In this document: positions 8,781-18,098 of the stretch, one piece after another
How positions within the stretch are numbered: position 1 is the stretch's first letter
Layout: each line of letters begins with the position of its first letter
Assembly: GCA_049969855.1 (NCBI GenBank)
Contig: JBMFOB010000021.1
Span: 1 to 21,795, forward strand
Origin: Candidatus Bathyarchaeia archaeon
GTDB taxonomy: Archaea; Thermoproteota; Bathyarchaeia; Bathyarchaeales; Bathycorpusculaceae
DNA: 21,795 nt
Direction: 5' to 3'
The notes under the pieces: generated by a model
The model's database searches: none
Seen by the model: the letters and a program-made list of their open reading frames with translations, nothing else
Told to the model about the DNA's origin: nothing
Translations under genes and position numbers: made by a program

Positions 8781-8794
8781 AAAAAAGTTTATAT
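8781..8794 (+). promoter_or_regulatory. Putative BRE/TATA promoter for the Cys-rich gene
   Basis: AAAAAAG-TTTATAT in the intergenic gap. Confidence 0.5.
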
Positions 8795-8846
8795 CTGCTC
8801 TCGTGAAAACCATTTGTAGAGAGAAACAGTTGAGCGATTTAAAATT

Positions 8847-9167
8847 TTGTTAATGAATGGTCAAAGGGTTGTGCGTATATTGGCCCAAGTGAAAACTTGT
8901 TCTCCAACATGTCCATCTTTTAAGTGTGCGAAAAATGCTGCTGTATACCGTCGAGATGGCGTGTGGTGCAGATGGACCGAAGAAATGTGCAACATTGCAA
9001 ACTGTACATATGCCATTTGCGTTAAAAGGCGACTACTGCCAAAAGGAATCTGTGGAGAAACTATAAAGAGGAAAACTGTTGAGAAACCGCCGGAAGAAGT
9101 GATTGGTCCAACAATAAAACTTCGTGGAAGAGCTCTTCGCAAAATCGGAGAAAAAGAAGTTTTCTAG
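8847..9167 (+). CDS. Cys-rich basic hypothetical protein (true start probably GTG 8871 or TTG 8880)
   Basis: Eight Cys within about 50 aa (CSPTCPSFKC...WCRWTEEMCNIANCTYAIC...GIC); fills the gap and has an upstream TATA. Confidence 0.7.
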   Translation: MLMNGQRVVRILAQVKTCSPTCPSFKCAKNAAVYRRDGVWCRWTEEMCNIANCTYAICVKRRLLPKGICGETIKRKTVEKPPEEVIGPTIKLRGRALRKIGEKEVF

Positions 9168-9226
9168 CATCTCTATTGGCTCACTAATCGGTAAGAATTA
9201 GCTTCGCATTGGTTGAGTAGTTTATT

Positions 9227-9394
9227 TTATCTTGCTTCGACACGTTTCACAACTGGCGGTTTAATTTTCTTCAAAATTCTATAACCGCACACTATACATT
9301 TTATTTCTCCGCCGCGAAGTTCCAACTCTTCAGAAGGAACTTTTGCTCCACATCTAACGCATTCATAAACGGTTCCAGCCGTGGTTTTCTCCAA
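9227..9394 (-). CDS. rpoP: DNA-directed RNA polymerase subunit P (Rpo12); absent from ORF track
   Basis: Manual translation from TTG: MEKTTAGTVYECVRCGAKVPSEELELRGGEIKCIVCGYRILKKIKPPVVKRVEAR* (55 aa); zinc ribbon with CGYRIL.K motif; GGGAGG SD upstream. Confidence 0.95.
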   Translation of the reverse strand: MEKTTAGTVYECVRCGAKVPSEELELRGGEIKCIVCGYRILKKIKPPVVKRVEAR

Positions 9395-9430
9395 TTTAGT
9401 TTCCTCCCTTTATAACGGAAATCCATTTTG

Positions 9431-9445
9431 CTTTTAAACGTTTCC
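9431..9445 (-). promoter_or_regulatory. Putative BRE/TATA promoter of rpoP
   Basis: Minus strand GGAAACG-TTTAAAAG about 40 nt upstream of the rpoP start. Confidence 0.5.
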
Positions 9446-9486
9446 AGACAAAATTCTATTTTCCAGAAGGAAAGAAGGACTGATAA

Positions 9487-10335
9487 TTGAAAAAGCGTTT
9501 GAGAAGAATCCTTTCAACAGTTCTTCCGAAGGATGAGTTGCTTTATGTTTACAACTCTTACGATATTGTTGGGGACATTGCAATTCTGCGGTTAACTGAG
9601 AGGTCGATGAGATATAGCCAAATTATTGCTGAAACCCTTATGCATGTTCACAGAAATGTTAAAACTGTTTTGGTTCAAACTGGTCCTGTTTGTGGCGGTT
9701 TTAGAATTCGAAAGTTGGAGCATGTTGCGGGCGAAAATAAAACAGTCACATTACATAGGGAATCTGGATGCTTATTCCATGTCGATGTTGAGAAATGTTA
9801 TTTTTCTCCAAGACTTTTCTATGAAAGAATGCGAATCGCAAAACAAGTTGGAGATGAAGAAGTTGTTGTGAACATGTTTGCTGGTGTTGGCTGCTTTTCC
9901 ATAGTTATTGCTAAACACTCTAAAGTTGAGAAGGTTTATTCAATTGACGTTAATCCGTTTGCTTTTCAGTATATGCAAGAGAACGTTAGGCTCAACAGGG
10001 TTTATGGGAAAGTTGTACCCATTCTTGGCGATGCGAAAGAAGTTATTGAAAATAGGTTGCGCCATGTAGCGGATAGGGTTTTAATGCCCTTACCTGAAAA
10101 AGCGCTTGAGTATTTGCCTTACGCCTTGTTAACCCTTAAAAGGGATGGATTAATGCACTATTATGATTTTGAACATGCGCTGAAAAGCGAAAACCTCATT
10201 GAAAAAGTTAAGTTGAAAGTGGCTGAAAAGCTTGAGGATTTAAGCGTGGCGTTTGATTTTGTTTTTGGGCGGGTTGTTCGCTCAACTGGTCCAAACTGGT
10301 ATCAAGTGGTTTTAGACGTAGCCATTAAGCAGTGA
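9487..10335 (+). CDS. Trm5/Tyw2(Taw2)-family SAM-dependent tRNA G37-modifying transferase, no N-terminal D1 domain
   Basis: SYDIVGDIAI, CYFSPRLFYER, NMFAGVGCFSI, IDVNP, ENVRLN, DRVLMPLP. Confidence 0.9.
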   Translation: MKKRLRRILSTVLPKDELLYVYNSYDIVGDIAILRLTERSMRYSQIIAETLMHVHRNVKTVLVQTGPVCGGFRIRKLEHVAGENKTVTLHRESGCLFHVDVEKCYFSPRLFYERMRIAKQVGDEEVVVNMFAGVGCFSIVIAKHSKVEKVYSIDVNPFAFQYMQENVRLNRVYGKVVPILGDAKEVIENRLRHVADRVLMPLPEKALEYLPYALLTLKRDGLMHYYDFEHALKSENLIEKVKLKVAEKLEDLSVAFDFVFGRVVRSTGPNWYQVVLDVAIKQ

Positions 10336-10390
10336 ACTGGTAAATTTAATAAATACTTGCTGTTTACCTTCTTTAGAGGAGAATTATTGA

Positions 10391-10681
10391 ATGAAAAGGA
10401 AACTGATGGAGATATTGGCATGTCCAATGGATAAATATTATCCGTTGGAGTTGTTGGTGTTTGATGAGAAGGAAGAAATAGTTGAAGGGTTGATTGTTTG
10501 CCCCAAATGTTTAAGGTGGTATCCGATACGCGACGAGATTCCAGAGATGTTGCCCGACGAACTGCGAAAGGAAAGTGAAGATTTACCCTTCTTGAAGAAA
10601 TGGAAGGAGAAAATTCCGGAAAAAATCTTGCAAGAGGGCAAACCATTCAACCTGAAAGGTGGCGTTTCAAAGGAATCATAA
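10391..10681 (+). CDS. trm112: Trm112-family methyltransferase activator
   Basis: LMEILACPMDK..PLEL, EGLIVCPKCLRWYPIRDEIPEML. Confidence 0.9.
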   Translation: MKRKLMEILACPMDKYYPLELLVFDEKEEIVEGLIVCPKCLRWYPIRDEIPEMLPDELRKESEDLPFLKKWKEKIPEKILQEGKPFNLKGGVSKES

Positions 10682-10685
10682 AATG

Positions 10686-11633
10686 TTATTTTAGCTTTAT
10701 CACTTTGCTCGTTGCTGAAGACTTCAGTGCTGCTTCTGCTATCTTTAATGCTTTTAATCCGTCCTCTCCAGTTATTAGTGGTTTTTCATTTTTTACTATG
10801 CAATTTGCGAAGTGCTGAAGTTCAATTTTTAATGGTTCTTGCCATGCGTATCTTGGCTGCTTTGTTTCTTTTACATCTTCAATAGTTAATTCTTGAGTTA
10901 TGTAATCAAGTTTCATTATGCCATTGCTCCCAGTAACTATCAATATTCGGGTTTTGTAAGGTGTCAACCAGTTAGATTCGATAAAAGCGCTTTTTCCACC
11001 TTCAAATGTGAGCATTATTTGGGCGTAATCCTCAAATTTTTTATGCATCATGCTCCCTGCCTTTGCATAAACGGCAGTTGGGTCTTCGTTGAATATGTGC
11101 CGCATTATGTCTATGTCATGGATTGCCGTATCTTTAACAACTCCTACGTCGCCGATTCTTTCTGGCCATTGGGAAACTCTTTTTGCTGTGGCGCATACAA
11201 TTTCGCCAAGCGTTTTTGTTTCAATAGCTTTTTTAATATGTTGCAGTCCTGGAATGAACCGCATTAAGAAGCCTACCATAATGTGGAGTCCTTCTCTATC
11301 GGCAATTTCCAGCAATTTTTCCGCTTGCTTAACGTTTGCCGCCATGGGTTTTTCAACTAAAACGTGCTTTCCAGCCTTCAAAGCCTTTACTGCTTCTTTT
11401 GCGAGGCTTGTTGACCATGTGCATATACTAACGGCTTCTATGTCTTTTCTTTTCAGCATTTTTCCCGTATTTGTGTATGGTGTTACATCGAATTGTTTTG
11501 CTACTGTTTTTGCTCTTTCAGCATCTATGTCGCAGACGGCTAAGAGCTCTGTTTCATTTAGCTCTTTATAGACTCTTGCGTGGTTTCTTCCCCAGAATCC
11601 TGTTCCAATAACTGCGACGCCCAACTTTTTCAT
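10686..11633 (-). CDS. Gfo/Idh/MocA-family oxidoreductase (WbpB/GnnA-like UDP-sugar 3-dehydrogenase)
   Basis: VIGTGFWG, HVLVEKP, VGFLMRF, DVGVVKDTAIHDID; nucleotide-sugar gene context. Confidence 0.88.
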   Translation of the reverse strand: MKKLGVAVIGTGFWGRNHARVYKELNETELLAVCDIDAERAKTVAKQFDVTPYTNTGKMLKRKDIEAVSICTWSTSLAKEAVKALKAGKHVLVEKPMAANVKQAEKLLEIADREGLHIMVGFLMRFIPGLQHIKKAIETKTLGEIVCATAKRVSQWPERIGDVGVVKDTAIHDIDIMRHIFNEDPTAVYAKAGSMMHKKFEDYAQIMLTFEGGKSAFIESNWLTPYKTRILIVTGSNGIMKLDYITQELTIEDVKETKQPRYAWQEPLKIELQHFANCIVKNEKPLITGEDGLKALKIAEAALKSSATSKVIKLK

Positions 11634-13024
11634 TTAGTCCAAACTCCTCTGCCTAACCCTCTATATATGAAGCCTTCCTTTTCAATTTTATATGGTTCAA
11701 CTATTCCCTCAAAGTCGATAATGGCAGCGGGCATCTTCATCATTAGCTTCATCTTTTTCAAGTTTAGATGTTTGAAGTGGTCGTGTCCTGTAAATATTAT
11801 TATGCAATCTGTTCCCTCCAGTGTTTCGGTTAAGTTTTTCTTAAAGTAGTGCTGCATCTCCGTTAGCTCTTCACCTGAAAGGTATGGGTCATAAATATTA
11901 ATTTTGGCGCCCCTCGCTTCTAACATTTTAATAAGGCTTTTCGCCATTTTTTTGGGAGAACTTTTTGCGTTTGGCGTCTGTGAAACTCCAAGTACTGAAA
12001 CTCTTGTTCTTCTTAACGTTTTTCCACAACTTCTTAAGGCGTCATTGGTTAAATTAATCGCGTGCTTAATTATTTCTTCATTTATCTCTCTTGCAATTTG
12101 GGGTATTCGGAGTTTTAAGTCAAAATTTTCAATGTTTTCCAAAAATAGATAAGGTTCGTCATCTGTTTTTTCATCGATGAACGTGGGCAGGGAAAGTTCA
12201 GAATAGCCACAAGCCTTTGAAAGCTGATAAATTTCAAGGTAATCTAAACCCGCCTTTTCGCAGAATGTGGCGAATTCAGCGGCGAGGGCGATGTTGACAT
12301 CGTGTTGCACGGCTTCGAAAAGCACTGTTGCCTCTGCTATCTTCATGTTTCCAACTTTTTTAACAATGCTCTTCGTAACTGTTTCCAAAATTGTTGAGGC
12401 TGCATCTAAGCTTCTTTTGTCCAATGCTGCAACAATTCTACTATGAGCTGTTAACATTTCAGATGTTTGATTATTCAAAATTCGGATTGGACTGTAGGCT
12501 AATCCAAAATCAACTCCAACTTTAAGCCCTGAAGTATTTTCTAAAGTCTCTTTGATCAAACTTTCTGTGACGCCAACTCCCACTGTATTTGCAACAATAA
12601 CTAAAGCTCCTCGGCGAAGGCTTGATCCAATTTTTTTGCAAATGTTTTCAATGTTTGAGTAATCAGGTTTTTTCTTTTCGTTGATTTCAACTGGAGTTGT
12701 TATGATGATAAAATTGCTTTGAGAAACTGCTGTTTTGACATCGGTTATGGCGCTTAAAATTCCCATTTTCACATAATTTTTTAATTTAAGCTCAGTTTCA
12801 CGTTTCAAAAATGGCGCTTTTCCTCTTAGGAGGCCATTAACCATGGTTTGGTCGGCATCCACGCATATTACTTTGAATCCCACCTCAGCAAAACTGCAAG
12901 CGTGGAGACTACCATTTTTTCCGCAACCTATAACGCTGGCTGCGTATTTTCCACGCTTCTCTGGCGTATCGACATCTTCCTTTTTTATGTTTAATGCTTC
13001 TAATGACATGTTAGTGTTCTCCAC
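11630..13024 (-). CDS. UDP-glucose/UDP-HexNAc dehydrogenase (WecC/WbpA) homolog, predicted catalytically inactive (alternative start ATG 13009)
   Basis: Full three-domain layout (VIGCGKNG, DFGLAYSP, DVNIALA.E, AREINE, YDPY, TGHDHF); catalytic Lys and Cys motifs substituted. Confidence 0.85.
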   Translation of the reverse strand: MENTNMSLEALNIKKEDVDTPEKRGKYAASVIGCGKNGSLHACSFAEVGFKVICVDADQTMVNGLLRGKAPFLKRETELKLKNYVKMGILSAITDVKTAVSQSNFIIITTPVEINEKKKPDYSNIENICKKIGSSLRRGALVIVANTVGVGVTESLIKETLENTSGLKVGVDFGLAYSPIRILNNQTSEMLTAHSRIVAALDKRSLDAASTILETVTKSIVKKVGNMKIAEATVLFEAVQHDVNIALAAEFATFCEKAGLDYLEIYQLSKACGYSELSLPTFIDEKTDDEPYLFLENIENFDLKLRIPQIAREINEEIIKHAINLTNDALRSCGKTLRRTRVSVLGVSQTPNAKSSPKKMAKSLIKMLEARGAKINIYDPYLSGEELTEMQHYFKKNLTETLEGTDCIIIFTGHDHFKHLNLKKMKLMMKMPAAIIDFEGIVEPYKIEKEGFIYRGLGRGVWTK

Positions 13025-13118
13025 ACACAGAGTCCTTGCAAGAAACCATTTTTAACTCTTTAAGCTGTCATCAGTCCTTTTAAGTTTTTAAATGAGCCTT
13101 CTGAAATGGGCGTTGATT

Positions 13119-14204
13119 TTAAATAATGCATTGAGTTGCTGGTATGCTTTCAGAAACTTCCTTAGCGGGACAAATTAGCACTCCTTTGGCGAGTGAAACG
13201 GTGTCTCCTATTTTGGTATGGTCCCCGAGAATGCATCCGTCACTGATTTTTGCTCCCTTTCCGATAAAAGCTCCTTCGCCTATTATTGCGCCTTTTATGG
13301 AAGCAAAATCGGATATCTCCGTGTTTGGCAGTATGACAGATTCTTGTATGTGAACGTTTTTTCCAACGGTAACGTTTCGTCCTAAAATTGTATAGGGTCC
13401 TATGACTGAATTTTCTCCTAATGAAGCTTTATCAAAGAATATTGGTTTCTTAATTTTCACTCCAATTTTAACTTTCAACTTTTGTTGTGTGAAAAAAGAA
13501 TCTAGTAGGATTTTGTTTATTTTTAGGTAATCTTCCGGCTTGCCTATATCCATCCATAAGCCGTCATATACGTAACCGTAAAGCATGCCTTTTTCTGCAA
13601 GTTTTGGAAAAACTTCACGTTCCATGGAAACTGCTTTGCCATGTGGGATATATTCAAATATTTCTGGATTTAGAACGTAAACGCCGGCATTTATCAAATT
13701 TGTTGGGGCTTCTTTCGGTTGTGGTTTTTCTATGAATCTTTTTATGCGATTATCTGCTGTTAGTTCTGCGACTCCATACCTGCTTGGGTCTTCAACTTCA
13801 TGAAGAGCTATTGTTGCCACAGCACTTTTTTCTTCGTGCACCTTTAAGATTTCTTTATAATTTACATCGGCAAAAACGTCTCCGTTCAGAACCAAAAAGG
13901 GAGAGTCGTGTCCAATTTGTTTTTCAGCCTTTTTTATTGGTCCACCAGTTCCTAAGGGTTTTCTTAATGGGTCATGTGAATAGGAAATGTGCACTCTATA
14001 TTTTTGGATTCTTTGTTGTTTTATTGCGATTTCTGTTTGATAGTTAACTGCCATTATTACTTCTTTTATGTTGTTTTTGGCTAGTCTTTCAAAAGTCCAC
14101 TCTAATAATGGTTTGTTAATTATTGGAAAGAGAATTTTCGGTCTCGTACAGCTTAGGGGTCTAAGTCTTGTGGCAAAACCTCCTGCGAGGATGACGGCTT
14201 TCAA
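13119..14204 (-). CDS. NDP-sugar pyrophosphorylase (mannose-1-phosphate guanylyltransferase-like) with hexapeptide-repeat C-terminus
   Basis: AVILAGGFATRLRPLS..RPK, LGTGG, VLNGD, FIEKP, INAGVY, WMDIG, then left-handed beta-helix repeats. Confidence 0.92.
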   Translation of the reverse strand: MKAVILAGGFATRLRPLSCTRPKILFPIINKPLLEWTFERLAKNNIKEVIMAVNYQTEIAIKQQRIQKYRVHISYSHDPLRKPLGTGGPIKKAEKQIGHDSPFLVLNGDVFADVNYKEILKVHEEKSAVATIALHEVEDPSRYGVAELTADNRIKRFIEKPQPKEAPTNLINAGVYVLNPEIFEYIPHGKAVSMEREVFPKLAEKGMLYGYVYDGLWMDIGKPEDYLKINKILLDSFFTQQKLKVKIGVKIKKPIFFDKASLGENSVIGPYTILGRNVTVGKNVHIQESVILPNTEISDFASIKGAIIGEGAFIGKGAKISDGCILGDHTKIGDTVSLAKGVLICPAKEVSESIPATQCII

Positions 14205-14272
14205 ATGTTTTCACCAATCTTAAACTGTAAATTTATATTCACTTATCTTGTAATATAAACGATTTAGAAAAG

Positions 14273-15040
14273 GTGAAGCCTATGAAATTTTTGCTCCATG
14301 AAATGAGCTGGGTTGAAGCGAAAGAATATTTTGCAAAAAATGATATTGCCCTTATACCTGTTGGTTCAAATGAACAGCATGGACCGCAGAACCCTCTTGG
14401 AACAGACCACTTAATTGCTAAGGCTCTGGCTGAGGAAACCGCAAAACGTACTGGTGTTATTTGTTTGCCAGTGATTCCCTTTGGCGTAAGCTCCCATCAC
14501 AAACAGTTTTGGGGAACCATCCACGTGTCGCCAAAAACCCTCAAGAAATATGTGAAAGACGTATGCCTAGCGCTTAATTATTATGGAGTAAAGAAAATTG
14601 TAATAGTTAATGGCCATGGCGGAAACTTAAATGCCTTGGCGGAATTGTCCAGAGAACTTAGGGAAAACGGCATTTTCGTATCCGTTTTTCAATGGTGGCC
14701 AGCAGCGGGCAAGCTTTTGCCAGAGCTTTTTAAACCTGAAGAAAGAGGACATGCGGGGGCTGAGGAAACTTCTGTAAATTTGGCTTTGCACCCTAAACTT
14801 GTGAATATGAGCAAGGCTGTAAATGAAGAACCACACGAGCATATAGCCCAAGCAGAGGGCATAACTCTTCCATTAGACACCATAGATTACACAAGCTTAG
14901 GCGTATTCGGTAAGTCAACAACAGCCTCAGCAGAAAAGGGGAAAAAAGTTTTAGAAGCCGTTATTGACGAACTGGTTGGGCATGTTAACAAGCTTAAAAA
15001 ATCTAAAATCGAAGATTTAGTGCAGAAACCTAAAGTTTAA
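14273..15040 (+). CDS. Creatininase/ArfB-family metallo-amidohydrolase (likely start ATG 14282)
   Basis: PVGSNEQHG, GTD, VNGHGGN and GHAGAEETS metal-binding motifs. Confidence 0.9.
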   Translation: MKPMKFLLHEMSWVEAKEYFAKNDIALIPVGSNEQHGPQNPLGTDHLIAKALAEETAKRTGVICLPVIPFGVSSHHKQFWGTIHVSPKTLKKYVKDVCLALNYYGVKKIVIVNGHGGNLNALAELSRELRENGIFVSVFQWWPAAGKLLPELFKPEERGHAGAEETSVNLALHPKLVNMSKAVNEEPHEHIAQAEGITLPLDTIDYTSLGVFGKSTTASAEKGKKVLEAVIDELVGHVNKLKKSKIEDLVQKPKV

Positions 15041-15051
15041 ACCTCGCCTTT

Positions 15052-16626
15052 TTATTCCCACTCAATTGTTGCTGGAGGCTTATGAGTTACATCATAAACA
15101 ACGCGTGTGACTTCTGCTATTTCATTAGTTATTCTAGTCGAGATTCTCTCTAAAACTTCATATGGGATTCTTGCAAAACTGGCAGTCATAGCCTCGCGGC
15201 TTTCCACAATTCGAATGGCAACAACATAACCATATGCTCTGGCGTCGCCCTTAACGCCTGTCGCCTTTGTATCCGTTAAAACGGCAAAATATTGCCATAA
15301 ATTCTCTTCTAACCCGCTCTTTTCTATCTCTTCTCTCACGATTCTGTCTGCTTTCTTTACAATTCTGACTTTGTCTTCCGTAAGCTCTCCAATGATTCTC
15401 ACAGCCAAACCAGGACCTGGAAAGGGTTGTCGGAAAACGATTTCTTTTGGCAATTTGAGGATTTTTGCAACTCTTCTAACTTCATCTTTATACAAGTCGC
15501 GGAGTGGCTCAACTATTTTCTTGAACTTCATTTTTGTTGGCAATCCTGCAACGTTATGATGCGTTTTTATTTTGTCAGAGAACTTTCTAAAACCCGACTC
15601 AATTCTGTCTGGATAAATTGTTCCTTGTATCAGATAGTTTGCGCCCGTTTTCTCCGCAACTTCTTCAAAAACCCTTATGAATTCTTCACCAATAATCTTT
15701 CTTTTCCTTTCCGGGTCTGTGACTCCTTTAAGTTTTTCCAAAAACCTCTTTTGCGCATCTACTATTATCAAGTTTAATTTGAATTTTTGGAAAGTCTTTT
15801 TCACAAATTCAGGCTCATTTTCCCTCATAAATCCGTGGTCGACAAAAACTGCTGTGAGGTTGCCGTTTAATGCTTTGGCTGCTATTGCTGTGGCTACGCT
15901 GGAGTCTATGCCTCCGCTGAGGGCTATTATTGCCTTTTCTCCACCAACTTCCGTTTTTACCTCATTTATCATTTTCTCTATGATGTTTTCTATTTTCCAG
16001 TTTGCTTTGCATTTACAAACTTCAAATACAAAGTTGCGAAGCATTTGCATACCATTTTTTGTGTGAATTACTTCTGGATGCCATTGCAAGCCATAGATTG
16101 GCTTTTCTTTATGTTTGAAAGCTGCCACTGGACAGTTTTCTGTGTGGGCTAAGACTTCAAAATCTGTTGGGATGGAAAAAACTGTGTCTCCGTGGCTCAT
16201 CCAAACCCTTTCTTTCCTATTTAACCCTTTCAAAACACCAGCAAGCTTGTCAACAGTGACATAAGCGGTTCCATACTCTTTCTGTTTAGCAGGCGTAACT
16301 TTTCCTCCAACCATATGCGCTATAAGTTGGTGTCCGTAACACAAGCCTAAAATTGGCAGTTCCGAATCAAGAATTTGCGGGTTGGGTTTTGGAGCATTTT
16401 GTTCGTAGACGCTGGCTGGTCCTCCAGAAAAGATGAGTCCTTTAACATTGAATTTTTCGTTTAGAAGTTTTATTTCTTCTGGTTTTATGTCATGAGCCAC
16501 TATTTCGGAATATACTCCAAGTTCTCTTATTCTTCTCCCTATAAGGTGGCAGTATTGCCCGCCAAAGTCAAGGACAAGTATGGTATCATACTTCATTCTT
16601 ACATCTCTTCCCATTTTAGAAAACAT
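15052..16626 (-). CDS. guaA: GMP synthase (glutamine-hydrolysing), fused GATase and ATPPase (likely start ATG 16596)
   Basis: [54 protein letters not shown]. Confidence 0.97.
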   Translation of the reverse strand: MFSKMGRDVRMKYDTILVLDFGGQYCHLIGRRIRELGVYSEIVAHDIKPEEIKLLNEKFNVKGLIFSGGPASVYEQNAPKPNPQILDSELPILGLCYGHQLIAHMVGGKVTPAKQKEYGTAYVTVDKLAGVLKGLNRKERVWMSHGDTVFSIPTDFEVLAHTENCPVAAFKHKEKPIYGLQWHPEVIHTKNGMQMLRNFVFEVCKCKANWKIENIIEKMINEVKTEVGGEKAIIALSGGIDSSVATAIAAKALNGNLTAVFVDHGFMRENEPEFVKKTFQKFKLNLIIVDAQKRFLEKLKGVTDPERKRKIIGEEFIRVFEEVAEKTGANYLIQGTIYPDRIESGFRKFSDKIKTHHNVAGLPTKMKFKKIVEPLRDLYKDEVRRVAKILKLPKEIVFRQPFPGPGLAVRIIGELTEDKVRIVKKADRIVREEIEKSGLEENLWQYFAVLTDTKATGVKGDARAYGYVVAIRIVESREAMTASFARIPYEVLERISTRITNEIAEVTRVVYDVTHKPPATIEWE

Positions 16627-16663
16627 GCTTCATACTTAAGCATAGATGCTTGATTTTGCAACT

Positions 16664-18052
16664 TTAGGCGTAAAGGTATTTCTGCACTTCCCAATCTGTC
16701 ACTTCATTTTTATTTTTCGGCATCTGTAGTTCGTACTCTTTCCACTCTTGCATTTTAAGTTCTCTATATGCTTCAGCTATTCCCTTACCCAAAGCTTGAA
16801 CACAAATTTCATCGCTATTCCACTCTTCTAAGGCTTCCTTCAATGAAGTTGGCAAAACTTTAATCCCAAGTTTTCTGCGTTCCACTTCGCTGAGATGATA
16901 AACGTTTACATCTACAGGATCTCCGGGGTCAATATTCTTTTTAATGCCATCCAATCCAGCCTCGAAAATCACCGCATATACAAAGTAAGGATTACAAAGG
17001 GGGTCTGGACATCTAAACTCCACTCTGGCTTCCTTTTCTTTCCCTGGAAAATATTCTGGCACTCTTATGAGGGCTGAGCGGTTTCTTTTACTCCAAGTAA
17101 TATACACCGGAGCTTCATAACCTGGAACAAGCCGCTTATAACTATTAATAGTGGGCGCCACAATTGCGCACAGGGCTCTTGCATGCTCTAAAATGCCGCC
17201 TATGAAGTATCTGCATTTCTGTGAAATGTGGGCGTAACCTTTCGGGTCGTAAAAAATGTTTTCTTCTGTTTTTGCGTTGAAAAGTCCTAAATGAACATGC
17301 ATACCGTTTCCGGGTTTTCCAAACCATGGTTTAGGCATGAAAGTTGCTATCCACCCATATTTTTTGTCCGCTACAGCCTTGGCTGCAAATTTGTATCTAA
17401 TAATATTGTCAGAGGTGGTTTTTGGGTCTGAGTATGTGAATGTGATTTCGTTTTGCGCTGAGCCCACTTCATGATGCATTCGCTCCACATTAATTCCCAT
17501 AATGGATAAAACATTGGATAAATCCATTCGATACGCTTCTGTAGTGTCCCTACCAGGCGTTATGTCAAAGTATCTCTGCTTGTCAATTATGTGGTTTTCA
17601 ACTGGACAAACTTCGCCGTCTGCACCTTTCTGTACAAGATAAAATTCCAATTCAGCGGCTGCGCTCGGCTTATATCCTTTCAACGCTATCTTCTCCATGA
17701 CTTTTTCGCAGATAAACCGCGGATCGCCTTCAAATTGTCGGCCATCTGGTTTGTATATGTTGCAGATGAAACTCACAACACCTTTATCGTAAAAATAGTA
17801 GGGACAAACCGTAAAGGTTGATGGGTCTGCCTTCAAAAGCATGTCGCTTTCTTCTATTCTCACTCCACCCATAATGGAGGAACCATCAAAGCCTACACCT
17901 TCTGTGAAAGCGTTTTCCGCTTCTTCCACTGGAATGGTTCTGCCTTTGAGGGCTCCGAGAATGTCTGTGAAATGGAGTAGGACGTAGTCGGCGTTTTTCA
18001 TAAGCTTGAGATACATGTCCAAATTTTGCATTGTGTTTTTTGTTGTACGCAT
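16664..18052 (-). CDS. glnA: Type I glutamine synthetase (ORF track start 18094; ATG 18052 more likely)
   Basis: FTDILG, FDGSSI, ELEFY, HHEVGSAQNEI, TFMPKP, GNGMHVH, SYKRLVPGYEAP, NRSALIRVP, RVEFRCPD. Confidence 0.95.
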   Translation of the reverse strand: MRTTKNTMQNLDMYLKLMKNADYVLLHFTDILGALKGRTIPVEEAENAFTEGVGFDGSSIMGGVRIEESDMLLKADPSTFTVCPYYFYDKGVVSFICNIYKPDGRQFEGDPRFICEKVMEKIALKGYKPSAAAELEFYLVQKGADGEVCPVENHIIDKQRYFDITPGRDTTEAYRMDLSNVLSIMGINVERMHHEVGSAQNEITFTYSDPKTTSDNIIRYKFAAKAVADKKYGWIATFMPKPWFGKPGNGMHVHLGLFNAKTEENIFYDPKGYAHISQKCRYFIGGILEHARALCAIVAPTINSYKRLVPGYEAPVYITWSKRNRSALIRVPEYFPGKEKEARVEFRCPDPLCNPYFVYAVIFEAGLDGIKKNIDPGDPVDVNVYHLSEVERRKLGIKVLPTSLKEALEEWNSDEICVQALGKGIAEAYRELKMQEWKEYELQMPKNKNEVTDWEVQKYLYA

Positions 18053-18098
18053 TAAGCTGCCTCTCTTCTGAAACAAGTTTACAGCAAAATGCATTATT

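Noticed and set aside
10302-11849. Overlapping alternative ORFs (10302-10646, 10893-11267, 11089-11571 and others)
   Set aside because: Shadow frames of well-supported genes with no motifs; the same applies to the other nested ORFs throughout the track.
11630-13024. Calling the UDP-sugar dehydrogenase homolog a pseudogene
   Set aside because: The ORF is full length, undisrupted and coupled to the next gene; treated as a pseudoenzyme instead.
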